The translations under genes were made by a program, and so were the position numbers. A stretch of DNA of 52,393 nt from Planctomycetota bacterium (GTDB lineage: Bacteria; Planctomycetota; Phycisphaerae; Phycisphaerales; UBA1924). Each line of letters starts with the position of its first letter. Position 1 is the stretch's first letter. Positions 9,412-18,099 of this stretch are shown one piece after another. Below the pieces are notes generated by a model. The model did no database searches. It worked only from the letters and a program-made list of their open reading frames with translations, and was not told where the DNA came from. Where the stretch lies: the NCBI GenBank assembly GCA_003697045.1, contig RFGK01000276.1:1-52393 (forward strand), in the 5' to 3' direction.

Positions 9412-10118
9412 CATTGGCTCGATTCGGCCTCCGAAGCAGGCGACTCGAGCATCTCCGCCGGCACCAGCGCCAGCAGCTCCCCAGGCCGCCTCAACAACAC
9501 CGCCAGGTCCTCGGGCTTGAGCACTCCTTTGCGCACCACGCGAATCCACCCCAGACCGATGGACCAGGTTTCGTTTCGCGGAGCGTCTTCGAGCATCGCC
9601 TGCACCTCGGGCGTGAGAATCGCAAGCGCCAGGTCTGTATCCGAAGCCGACACCCGCCAGCGCCGATTGAACCGTTCCGACTCGACCTCAAGGTCGCTCG
9701 CACCGAGACGATCGGCCAGACGATGCAGGAGGTGCTCTGCCTTGAGTTCAATCGCAGGCCAGAAATCCGGACATCGACACGCCACGCACGTGTGCACGAC
9801 CACGGCGGTCACCTGCCCCGTCGATACTACATACCGGTGCTCGATCGCCACGACCTCGTGCCCGTCAATCGCGCCCGACGCGCACCACGTCACACGCCCA
9901 GCTCCCCCCTTGAGCTGGGGGAGCGAGGCGAAGGGAACCCACCGGGCGTCCGCACCGGAATCAAACGGCTTGCGTTCGCGCACAAGCCCCGATTGCGCAA
10001 AGATCTCTGCGATCTGCTGTTCACGCTGCTTTCTGGAGCCAACCGCCACCACGACAATCAACCCCACAACGACCGCGCCCACCGCCGACAACAGAATGAT
10101 GGGAGCAATCGCAGGCAC
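9411..10118 (-). CDS. Hypothetical membrane-anchored protein (resembles DUF3137-type proteins)
   Basis: N-terminal TM segment (IAPIILLSAVGAVVVGLIVVVAV) followed by a soluble domain containing ...ESERFNRRWRV.... GTG start 6 nt after the kdsA stop. Confidence 0.6.
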   Translation of the reverse strand: MPAIAPIILLSAVGAVVVGLIVVVAVGSRKQREQQIAEIFAQSGLVRERKPFDSGADARWVPFASLPQLKGGAGRVTWCASGAIDGHEVVAIEHRYVVSTGQVTAVVVHTCVACRCPDFWPAIELKAEHLLHRLADRLGASDLEVESERFNRRWRVSASDTDLALAILTPEVQAMLEDAPRNETWSIGLGWIRVVRKGVLKPEDLAVLLRRPGELLALVPAEMLESPASEAESSQ

Positions 10119-10124
10119 GTCCCA

Positions 10125-11003
10125 TTATTGGGCTTCTTGCGCACTCTCTTGAGTGGCGAGTCGATGAATCGCCGCGACACGACGCAAAAGCCCGGGCACG
10201 GTCTTCAGCGCAAGCTGGGTTGCTCCATCGCTCAGCGCTTGAGACGGGTCAGGATGCGCCTCGAGAAATAACGCCGGCACGCCCGTCGCCGCGGCGGCAC
10301 ATGCCAGAAGCGGCGCCCGTTCCGGCCGCCCGCCGGTGACATCACCCGACCCCGGAAGCTGTGTGGAATGCGTCACATCAAAGCACACCGGAGGCGCACC
10401 CGCGTTCGAAAAAGCCGAACAGTCAAGTTCCATCAGATCACCCAGCCCGATGAAATCGTTGACCAGCCGGTGATACCCGAAAAAGGTGCCACGCTCGGTG
10501 AGGAGAATGTTGTCGCACCCTGCCTCGGCCAGTTTGCGCACGGGCCCGACCATTTCCCGCGGCGAGAGAAACTGCCCCTTCTTGACGTTGACCGCCTTTC
10601 CCGCGCGCCCCGCCGCCTCCCCGGCCGCAGCCAGCAGATCGGTCTGCCGACACAAAAACGCTGGAATCTGCAACATGTCCACCACTGCCGCGACAGGCTC
10701 GGCCTGCTCGGGCGCATGAAGGTCCGTCGTCACAGGCACGGCCAACTCGTCACGGATGCGGGCAAGCGCTTCCAGCCCGCGCTCCAGGCCCGGCCCACGC
10801 GGCGATCGCACGCTGGTCCGATTGGCCTTGTCAAATGATGCCTTGAACACATACCCGAGCCCGAACTCGACACACGCATCACGCAGCCGTCTGCCCACCT
10901 CAAGCCCAAGCGAGACCGATTCCAGCGTGCACGGCCCCGCGATGATTGCAAGCGGAAACCCGCGCCCGATCTCGACCGCTCCTGCCGTACAGGTCCGTGC
11001 CAT
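10125..11003 (-). CDS. kdsA: 3-deoxy-8-phosphooctulonate (KDO-8-P) synthase
   Basis: Matches E. coli KdsA blocks: YVFKASFDKANRTS, RGPGLE.GL, LQIPAFLCRQTDLL, VNVKKGQF, DVTHS. ATG at 11003 chosen; the track start at 11045 is GTG. Confidence 0.9.
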   Translation of the reverse strand: MARTCTAGAVEIGRGFPLAIIAGPCTLESVSLGLEVGRRLRDACVEFGLGYVFKASFDKANRTSVRSPRGPGLERGLEALARIRDELAVPVTTDLHAPEQAEPVAAVVDMLQIPAFLCRQTDLLAAAGEAAGRAGKAVNVKKGQFLSPREMVGPVRKLAEAGCDNILLTERGTFFGYHRLVNDFIGLGDLMELDCSAFSNAGAPPVCFDVTHSTQLPGSGDVTGGRPERAPLLACAAAATGVPALFLEAHPDPSQALSDGATQLALKTVPGLLRRVAAIHRLATQESAQEAQ

Positions 11004-11095
11004 TGCCGTAGGGTAGCCGCAGCGAGTCCGCAGGGCGGCACACACACCCGCCCCGTTTCAACACAAGCCGTCGCCGAGACTTCAGCCCAACGCGC

Positions 11096-11266
11096 TCACG
11101 GACACCCGTTGTCAAACTCGGCAAGAAACGCCAACACATCGAAGAAGTCGAGCACGCCATCGCCTGTGAAATCGGCAACCGGATCGCCCGCATCAAACAG
11201 CGACAGGAACTCAAGCACATCAAAGAAGTCAACGACGCCATCGCCTGTCAGGTCGACCCGGCACGA
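11096..11266 (-). other. Dockerin/EF-hand-like C-terminal module, copy 1 (paralogous to 21046-21216)
   Basis: A 56-aa module with two DxDGxxDFFDVLxFL repeats, a leading Cys and a terminal GCP. The DNA is visibly similar to the other copy. Confidence 0.8.
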
Positions 11267-12397
11267 CACGGGCGGATCCCACACGAGCACGCTCTCAGGC
11301 GTGATCCCGGTCGTGTCCACCGGCGTCGGCGTCACCGGCGTCAGTGCTCCGGTCGAAAAATCGACCTGAAGACAATACAGCCCGCGCAGCCCGTCGATCG
11401 CGGTCGATTCATCCGTGACATAGAGATACTCGCCCCATGCGTCTGACCCACCGAGCGTGCCCTGGAGCCCCACGTCGAACACGCCCCCGAGCGACGTCGG
11501 CACGCCGCTCGGACGCGCAAAGCTGAATGAGCGAATCGTCGCATCAGTCCCATGCTCGACAAAGAGCATCGCCCCATCCGGATGGACCGTAAACCCCTTC
11601 GGCGACGAGCCCGGCGAAACAAAAGGACTGCCAGGCACAAGACTCATCGTGCCATCATCTGAAAGCGCGAACACTGAGAATGCGTGTCCGCCCGCGCTGA
11701 TCCCCCCGGCTGCAAAGAGAAAATCACCCAATGGGTCCATCTCGATCCCCAGCGGATAGTGCGAGAGGGACAGGTTCTGCTTGAGCATCAATCCGCCGGC
11801 CGCATCGACCGAAAACGAATAGATCTCGTCGACCGTGCCCGAATCGTTCACATAGACCGTGCGCAGCTCGGGGTGTTTGACCACGCGGGTGGCAAATGTG
11901 CCGCAGTACGCGCGATCGACCTCCGTCAGCGTCATCGCTTGAGCGTCAAAACGCAGGATGACAAGCTCGTTGGTGCTGAACACGATCGTCTGCAACACCG
12001 CGAGGTATTCCGTATCGACCCAGGCGAGCGAAAACGTCGTCTCCGGCATGAGATACTGCAACTCGAGCGCCATGGTGCCGTCCGGCGCCACCGAGATGAT
12101 CGACACATAATCGCCGGCGATGGACCCACTGGCATGACCGGTCGCGAGAAACCGCCCATCCGGGGAAATGTCGATGGCAATCGTGTTGGCCCCGGGCTGT
12201 TCATCGGAGATGCTCGCGCGGGCGCCGGTGATGACCTTGTCGATGAGCACCGGCGTGCCGTCTCCGGCGATGGAAAAACTCGAGACGCTTCCTTCGAGAT
12301 TCCCATCATTGGCAACGAATACCGTGGGGAAGCTCGTCTGAGCGCCCGCTCCGGCAGCAATCGACGCGACAACAGTTGTAATCACATGTCTGCGCAT
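11096..12397 (-). CDS. Secreted beta-propeller (lactonase-like) protein with C-terminal Cys-bracketed dockerin-like module
   Basis: Signal peptide (VVASIAAGAGA/QT) and repetitive beta-rich body. The last 56 aa are CRVDLTGDGVVDFFDVLEFL...DFTGDGVLDFFDVLAFLAEFDNGCP. GAGGAGAGGG lies upstream of the ATG. Confidence 0.75.
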   Translation of the reverse strand: MRRHVITTVVASIAAGAGAQTSFPTVFVANDGNLEGSVSSFSIAGDGTPVLIDKVITGARASISDEQPGANTIAIDISPDGRFLATGHASGSIAGDYVSIISVAPDGTMALELQYLMPETTFSLAWVDTEYLAVLQTIVFSTNELVILRFDAQAMTLTEVDRAYCGTFATRVVKHPELRTVYVNDSGTVDEIYSFSVDAAGGLMLKQNLSLSHYPLGIEMDPLGDFLFAAGGISAGGHAFSVFALSDDGTMSLVPGSPFVSPGSSPKGFTVHPDGAMLFVEHGTDATIRSFSFARPSGVPTSLGGVFDVGLQGTLGGSDAWGEYLYVTDESTAIDGLRGLYCLQVDFSTGALTPVTPTPVDTTGITPESVLVWDPPVSCRVDLTGDGVVDFFDVLEFLSLFDAGDPVADFTGDGVLDFFDVLAFLAEFDNGCP

Positions 12398-12743
12398 GGC
12401 CCTCTCCTCAAATCGATTCTACACCGAGCTGTCGCCCACAAGCCCTGTATTTCCCATCGTGCGCATTTTGCTGCTTCCATACACGCGGAAAACACCCTAG
12501 ATTGACGCGCATCATCTCCCCGGCGACCTCAGCTCAGCTGCTCCTGGTATCGGATGCTGGGCGCGCCAAGCGAGCAGACGAGTTGCTCGAGTGGGCAATC
12601 CTGTCGCGGGAGATCACCTTTCCTGCAACCGTCGCAGCCGGACGTCGCAGATGCGGACTCCGCGCGAGCGGCGCCCGGTCCGCCACGCTCGTCAATCAGT
12701 CGAACGCCGCACGGAATGTTCGCGCGCACAAGGCCGGGACAAC

Positions 12744-12774
12744 AAAAAACCGGGACAGTGGTGTGCTGTCCCGG
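12744..12774 (-). terminator. Rho-independent terminator after the 74-aa ORF
   Basis: Minus strand: CCGGGACAG-CACACCA-CTGTCCCGG (9-bp perfect stem) followed by TTTTTTGTTG. It lies 30 nt after the stop at 12804. Confidence 0.85.
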
Positions 12775-12803
12775 CTCAAGTCTGCGAGATGGGGCTGTGC
12801 TGC

Positions 12804-13028
12804 TCAAGCCGCCCAGGGGCCGTCGTCTTCAGTCTCAAATCGGCGGAAAGGCAAAGGCTCGAGCAACTCGTCCAGACGGTCCAGACACTTCTGGACGCGC
12901 TCGACCGCCAGCTCGGCGTCGTGGAGCTTCCTGGCATCCCCGGATCCGTCCTGCTGCGAAAACTCCTCGAACCGGTACACCGGCGGAATCTCCTCGGGCT
13001 CGTATTCATGGAGTCTTGGAAATCGCAT
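12804..13028 (-). CDS. Hypothetical small acidic protein (74 aa)
   Basis: The internal ATG at 13028 is preceded by GGGAGGA. The ORF is followed by a strong terminator. The longer track ORF (to 13373) would overlap plsY. No family recognised. Confidence 0.5.
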   Translation of the reverse strand: MRFPRLHEYEPEEIPPVYRFEEFSQQDGSGDARKLHDAELAVERVQKCLDRLDELLEPLPFRRFETEDDGPWAA

Positions 13029-13234
13029 GGCAGTCCTCCCGCGAATCGACAGAAGACACATCGGCACACCATGCGCCCAAGTTGACCCGAAAGCCGTCGC
13101 GCCTCCCTTCGCGGCTTCCGGTCGTTCGGACTGGGGCATCCGTGCCTCACCCTGGCAAACTGTCCACAACGAATATCGGATGATCACGCAGCACGGTTCA
13201 AATCCGGCAACCCCGTACGTCCGATTCCACACGA

Positions 13235-13915
13235 TTACGCGCCGGTCCTGCGCTGTCCGATCTTCGGCTCGTCTCCACGCACCAATCGCCCCAGATTCGT
13301 TCGGTGCTTGATCAGTACCAACAGCGCCAAACCCATCGAAACAAACAAGAACGGCCCCCCCGCCACAAGCCAATCGTCAATCAACCCCTGATCCTCGGCC
13401 ATCCTGAACTCAAGGTACACCCAAATCGGGATCGACACGGCTGCCACGCACGAAGCAGCGGACACATACCGCCACAATGCCAAGACGAGAAGAAAGGCAA
13501 AGAGTCCCCCAACTGCGGGGAGTGTCATATAGGGAAAAACACCGAGTAGTGCGCCCACCCCCGTCGCAACTCCCTTGCCTCCACGAAATCCAACAAACGG
13601 GCTGAACATGTGTCCGAGCACGGGCGCGATCATCACCGCGAGCAAGCCGATCGCCTCGCTCGCAGGCAGCGGCTCTCCGATGCGCCACGTCTGGGCAGCA
13701 ATCGTCACGCCGAGCGTGGGCACAAGCCCCTTGAGCATGTCCAGCGCAAAGCAGAGGAAAAAGTACCGTGTTCCCAACAACCGGCCGACATTCGTCGCGC
13801 CGATGTTGCCCGATCCGTGCGCACGGACGTCAACCCCCTTGGCCCGTCCGATCAGAAGCCCGAACGGGATGGAGCCAACAATCAACCCGGCGATGACTCC
13901 AAACAGATAGATCAT
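13235..13915 (-). CDS. plsY: Glycerol-3-phosphate acyltransferase PlsY
   Basis: The GSGNIGATNVGRLLG motif and multi-TM profile match PlsY. Its ATG overlaps the tmk stop (ATGA). Confidence 0.9.
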   Translation of the reverse strand: MIYLFGVIAGLIVGSIPFGLLIGRAKGVDVRAHGSGNIGATNVGRLLGTRYFFLCFALDMLKGLVPTLGVTIAAQTWRIGEPLPASEAIGLLAVMIAPVLGHMFSPFVGFRGGKGVATGVGALLGVFPYMTLPAVGGLFAFLLVLALWRYVSAASCVAAVSIPIWVYLEFRMAEDQGLIDDWLVAGGPFLFVSMGLALLVLIKHRTNLGRLVRGDEPKIGQRRTGA

Positions 13916-14583
13916 GTCGAACCCCCGCGGGGCAAACGCTCATCGAGCACGCCGAGCAGGTCGCGCCACACGTCGTCCTCAGGCTGCCGGGCGTCGATGA
14001 CTGCGTAGTGCTCGGGATCTTCACGTGCCTGAATCAGATACCCCTCGCGCACACGGGCATGGAACGCGCGTCCCTTGGCTTCCATGCGATCGAGAAGCGG
14101 GTTCAGCCGTGACGCGGCCGTCTGCTCGTCCACATCGAAGATGATGACCAGATTGGGCAAGACTCCGCCCGTGGCGATCTGCGCAACGGCTTGAATCTGC
14201 CCGGCTGCCAGCCCGCCGGCATGTCCCTGATAGGCAAGCGTGGAACTGACAAATCGATCGGCCAGGACTGGGCGCCCCTCGGCAAGCGCCGGGGCGATGC
14301 GGCGCTCCACCAGCTGGGCGCGGCTGGCCATGTACAAGAGCATCTCGCAGCGCACGCTCATCGGCTCATCGTGGTGCTCAAGCAGCACCGAGCGGATGTG
14401 CTCACCCACGATCGTGCCCCCGGGCTCGCGCACCTCGCACGGATCGGCACCAGCAGTCCACAGCTCGGCCAGAAGGCGCCGAAACTGGGTGGTCTTGCCC
14501 GATCCGTCCGGACCGTCAAACACGATGAACTGACCCGCAAAACGCGGAACAAGCGACTGAATCTGGAGCGGCGTGGAAGTCAC
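13912..14583 (-). CDS. tmk: Thymidylate kinase
   Basis: FIVFDGPDGSGKTTQ P-loop and DRF..S..AYQG. GTG at 14583 chosen, 16 nt after the upstream stop. The 355-aa track ORF extends antisense into the neighbouring gene. Confidence 0.88.
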   Translation of the reverse strand: MTSTPLQIQSLVPRFAGQFIVFDGPDGSGKTTQFRRLLAELWTAGADPCEVREPGGTIVGEHIRSVLLEHHDEPMSVRCEMLLYMASRAQLVERRIAPALAEGRPVLADRFVSSTLAYQGHAGGLAAGQIQAVAQIATGGVLPNLVIIFDVDEQTAASRLNPLLDRMEAKGRAFHARVREGYLIQAREDPEHYAVIDARQPEDDVWRDLLGVLDERLPRGGST

Positions 14584-14599
14584 GATGCGAGTGTAGCGA

Positions 14600-17149
14600 T
14601 CACGGATCGACCAGCACGCCGGCCACGCGCTCAATCCGTCCTCGCCACGGCTCGCCCCCCAGTTGCGGGTCGAGCAGACGCAAGCGAAAAACATGGGCGC
14701 GCAGCGCTTCAACCTGTGCCGAGTCATCGGCCAGCAACTCGAGCAGCAATGCCCAGGCCTGCCAATACTCAGGCTGTTCGGGCGCAAGAGCGTTGACTTG
14801 CGCATTGAGCGTCTTGAGCGCTGCCTGACGCATCCCGCACGCAAGGAGCACTTCGGCGCGCAGCATGGCAATCCGCGGCTCGTCCGCATCGAGTGCGCCC
14901 ATCGCCTGAAGCGCCTCCTGTGGCTCGGTCTCCAGCAGCGCCCGAACCAGCCGCTCGCGCAGCGGAACGGCCCGCGCATCGGCCAACGATTCGAGGATCG
15001 CCACGCCCGTGCGCAAATGTGCCGCGGTCGAGTCCGATGCGAGTTTCATGCACACCAGGTCGGCTGCCGCGGGCGCCTGGGCCGAATCGGGCGACGTTTG
15101 CGAAAGCACGCGCAACGCTTCATCCGTTTCGACGTATTCTGCAAGCTCCACCCGCCAGCAATCGGCAGCAGGGTGGCTCGGAGCCACGTCGAGCAAGTGG
15201 CGCAGAATCGCAACGCGTTGCGCCGGATCTGCATTCGGCTCAAGATCGAGTGCTGCGATCATTGCATCGACTGCTCGCTGGTCGTCGGCGTACTCGGTGG
15301 CAAAGCGTTGCAGGAGCCCGGATGCCTGTATCGGGTCGCGCGTGCGCGCGAGAAGTGCCGCCTCCCATAATGCCTCACGCACGAGCGGCAAGTCACGCTG
15401 CGTCTCGGCCATTGCCAGCAGCTCGACGATCGCCTCATCCGGGCGATCGAGCGAGACAAACATCGCTCGCGCCAAGCGCACTTCCAGAGGAAACGAATCA
15501 AGATCGTCTATCTGTTCGGTGGCAAGCGCCACGGCCCGCCAGGCAACGGCCTGCCGGGCCTGGTCATCGCCCGCCCAGTCCAGCAATCGATCGAACGCCT
15601 CTGCGCGGCGATTGGGGGTCGAAAGCAGGCGCACGGCCTCGGCTTCACCGGCCAGCTGGGCCCATGCAGTATCAAGCGTGAGGGGCTCACCCAAGCCGAA
15701 TCGCACACGCAGCACGGACAACTCTGCCGCCAGGGCCTCGGCAAGCCCGAGCAGTTCCACGTCGGCGGCGAGCGCATCGGCCTGCGCGCGGGCCTGCTCG
15801 ATCTGCCCCGCCCGCGCCAGAGCATGTGCGAGCATGAGCCGGCGCGATGCGTCCGCATCGGCATCCATGACAAAGAGCGCTTCGAGCATCTCGGCTGCTG
15901 CACGGGCCGGCTCGGAAGTGCCCTGCAGCGCCGACTCGAGCAGGAGCATCCGCGCACGCACGCCCTGTGTGAGCGTCTCGTCCACGCCTTCGATCAATCG
16001 CCGCACCTGAGCGACCGCTTCGCGGACTCGCTCGGTCTGCTCGGGCGAGGCGATGCCATAGAGCACGTGCAAGTCGTCCGGCCCGATCGCACGCAGGATG
16101 GCTCGGGCCCGGCGCACCGAAGCGTCCTGTTCGTGCTCGCGCGGAATCGCATCGGCTTGGACCCCTTCCTCGGCCAGATCGTCGATCGTCAGCACGCGAA
16201 ACGATCCCGGGCCGTCACCGTGCGCCTCGGCAATTGATTGCATGAGCCCGGTTGGATCGTCATTGAGAAACTGAATGGTCTTGATCACCACCGGGCGCAG
16301 GCCGGTGCGACGATTCCTGGGGTTGAGTCGATCGAGCAGGCGGAGCGTTGCCTCAACCCCCCGGCCCCACGTGGAATCCGGACCTGACCGCTGGAATCCC
16401 CGCGCCAGGAAAAACACGAGATCGGGTCTGGGCTCGAGCGTGAGCGCGCGCTCGAGTCCTTCGATCGGATCGGAGCGACCCCCGACGACGACATCTTCAA
16501 GCCAGGCGATGGCGCTTTCCTTGTTGCTGGGCAGAGCACGCACGAATGTGCCGGGTTGTCCGGAATGCGGGAGAACCTGCACGTCGGCTGCGCCACTGGC
16601 TTTGCCGCGTACCAGAATGACCTGAAAGTACTGCGTGGGACTGAGCTGTGCGATCGACTGGGCAAGGCGCGCCCGCACGAACGCGTACGAGTTGACCATG
16701 CTTCCTGAAGCATCCACGACGTACACGACCCGTCGGGCTGCCTGAGCGGTCACGCCGGCAAACGAAACCGCCCGTGCAGGCTCGACCGGCTCAATTGCGA
16801 CGGAAGCAACGGCCGAGCGAGGCTGGGGCAGGCTCGCCGGCTGCGCGTGCGCGAGTTCCGACGCACGACTCGTCAGGACCGGCACCGATTGCGACGCTTC
16901 CCCTGTCGCCGGGCGTGTCGGTCGTGGGGCCGGCGGAGCCGGATCCGGCGTCGTTTCGGCGTGCGCGGGCGTGGGCGCAGGCGCGGCGATGGCAATGTCC
17001 GTGAGCTGAGGCCTTTCGTCAGGACGCGAGACAATCGTCACCGTCGCAGCGAGCACGACGCCGAGCAATGTGAGATGCACGAAGGCCGACGCGATCGAGG
17101 GCACCAGAAGCCGCGCAACAAAACCATGCTTTGGCCAATGGACGATCAA
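14600..17149 (-). CDS. Membrane-anchored vWA-domain protein with long helical (TPR-like) C-terminal region
   Basis: N-terminal TM, a Pro-rich linker, a vWA MIDAS motif (VVYVVDASGSM), then ~500 aa that is Ala/Leu/Arg-rich and helical. TTG start overlapping the doxX stop (TTGA). Confidence 0.7.
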   Translation of the reverse strand: MIVHWPKHGFVARLLVPSIASAFVHLTLLGVVLAATVTIVSRPDERPQLTDIAIAAPAPTPAHAETTPDPAPPAPRPTRPATGEASQSVPVLTSRASELAHAQPASLPQPRSAVASVAIEPVEPARAVSFAGVTAQAARRVVYVVDASGSMVNSYAFVRARLAQSIAQLSPTQYFQVILVRGKASGAADVQVLPHSGQPGTFVRALPSNKESAIAWLEDVVVGGRSDPIEGLERALTLEPRPDLVFFLARGFQRSGPDSTWGRGVEATLRLLDRLNPRNRRTGLRPVVIKTIQFLNDDPTGLMQSIAEAHGDGPGSFRVLTIDDLAEEGVQADAIPREHEQDASVRRARAILRAIGPDDLHVLYGIASPEQTERVREAVAQVRRLIEGVDETLTQGVRARMLLLESALQGTSEPARAAAEMLEALFVMDADADASRRLMLAHALARAGQIEQARAQADALAADVELLGLAEALAAELSVLRVRFGLGEPLTLDTAWAQLAGEAEAVRLLSTPNRRAEAFDRLLDWAGDDQARQAVAWRAVALATEQIDDLDSFPLEVRLARAMFVSLDRPDEAIVELLAMAETQRDLPLVREALWEAALLARTRDPIQASGLLQRFATEYADDQRAVDAMIAALDLEPNADPAQRVAILRHLLDVAPSHPAADCWRVELAEYVETDEALRVLSQTSPDSAQAPAAADLVCMKLASDSTAAHLRTGVAILESLADARAVPLRERLVRALLETEPQEALQAMGALDADEPRIAMLRAEVLLACGMRQAALKTLNAQVNALAPEQPEYWQAWALLLELLADDSAQVEALRAHVFRLRLLDPQLGGEPWRGRIERVAGVLVDP

Positions 17150-17895
17150 GAGTCTTGCTCACCAGAGGCAGGCCGGGCGGGCGCAGGCCCGCGGCCGAAG
17201 ATGATCCGATCGAGGCTCAGTCCGCCCGCCCCCAGAAAGAAGACTGCGAGGCTGGCTGCGAACAGAGAAAACTGCCAGAGCAAGGGCATCCACACCGGCT
17301 GCCCGAGCGCGTTGGTCTCAAAGGCACCCCACGTCGGGAGGAATCCCAGCGTGGCACCACCCGCCTGCACGGCCGGGCCGATCTGCGTGAGCCACATGGC
17401 GCTGCCCATGACCCCCGCGAGCGACAACGCACCCAAGCGCGTAAACAACCCGATGATCATCGCAAGCCCCGCGACCAGTTCGACGATGCCGGCTGCATAG
17501 GCCAGGTAGACCGGCCGCTTGCCCGTCGCGAGCTGCGCCGGCCAGAGCGGCATGCGCTCTGCCCCGTCTTCGTCAAAGCCCGGGTTGGCGGCATGATGGA
17601 TGATGATCGCGAGTCCGAGCACACGCTTGCCCGTCAACGCTGCTGCGGTCGGCTGCGACTCATCGGCCTGGGGAGCGGCATCGGAACCATCGCTCTGCTC
17701 GCCCGCCCCGGGATCGACCGGCACCGAAGACCCGTCCCCGATTACCCCCATCTGGGCAAGAATGGCAGCCTGCTCGGGCGTGTAGGTGTGCTCGGCAAGA
17801 AACTTGCCCGCACCGGCCCACATGAAAGTCACTCCGAGCATCACGCGAAGGAACAGGGGCGAAAGATTGAGTCCGATCGAATCGCGAACGCGCAT
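17146..17895 (-). CDS. DoxX-family membrane protein
   Basis: LFLRVMLGVTFMWAGAGKF and IVELVAGLAMIIGLFTRLGALSLAG are DoxX-like. The ATG at 17895 has GGGAGGG 5 nt upstream. The longer track ORF would run through the tRNA gene. Confidence 0.75.
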   Translation of the reverse strand: MRVRDSIGLNLSPLFLRVMLGVTFMWAGAGKFLAEHTYTPEQAAILAQMGVIGDGSSVPVDPGAGEQSDGSDAAPQADESQPTAAALTGKRVLGLAIIIHHAANPGFDEDGAERMPLWPAQLATGKRPVYLAYAAGIVELVAGLAMIIGLFTRLGALSLAGVMGSAMWLTQIGPAVQAGGATLGFLPTWGAFETNALGQPVWMPLLWQFSLFAASLAVFFLGAGGLSLDRIIFGRGPAPARPASGEQDS

Positions 17896-17977
17896 ACAGC
17901 CCTCCCGCCACCATCGTATCGGCTCGATCATGACGAGATCGACAAACCCGACGTTGATGCGGTAGAGTCGGTGGGAC

Positions 17978-18061
17978 GCGGGTGTGGCGGAATTGGCAGA
18001 CGCGCGAGGTTTAGGTCCTCGTGTCCGAAAGGGCTTGCAGGTTCGACTCCTGTCACCCGCA
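17978..18061 (+). tRNA. tRNA-Leu (anticodon TAG), long variable arm
   Basis: Cloverleaf by hand: acceptor GCGGGTG/CACCCGC, anticodon stem CGAGG/CCTCG with loop TTTAGGT, T arm GCAGG-TTCGACT-CCTGT, discriminator A. No encoded CCA. Confidence 0.9.
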
Positions 18062-18099
18062 TTGAGCAAGTGCCGCACGTACGCCCGCGACGGATCGAA

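Noticed and set aside
13185-13205. GGTTCAAATCC, a T-loop-like motif hinting at a tRNA between plsY and the 74-aa ORF.
   Set aside because: Flanking bases give only a 3-bp T stem, and no acceptor, anticodon or D arms can be drawn.
13912-14979. 355-aa ORF suggesting a thymidylate kinase with a 130-aa N-terminal extension.
   Set aside because: The extension is Arg/Cys/Ser-rich and overlaps the 3' end of the vWA gene in another frame. A GTG at 14583 lies 16 nt after that gene's stop and gives a normal-length Tmk starting just before the P-loop.
17978-18061. tRNA-Leu as a possible integration site for a genomic island or prophage.
   Set aside because: There is no integrase and no direct repeat of the tRNA 3' end nearby. 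Both flanks are ordinary core genes (doxX, upp).
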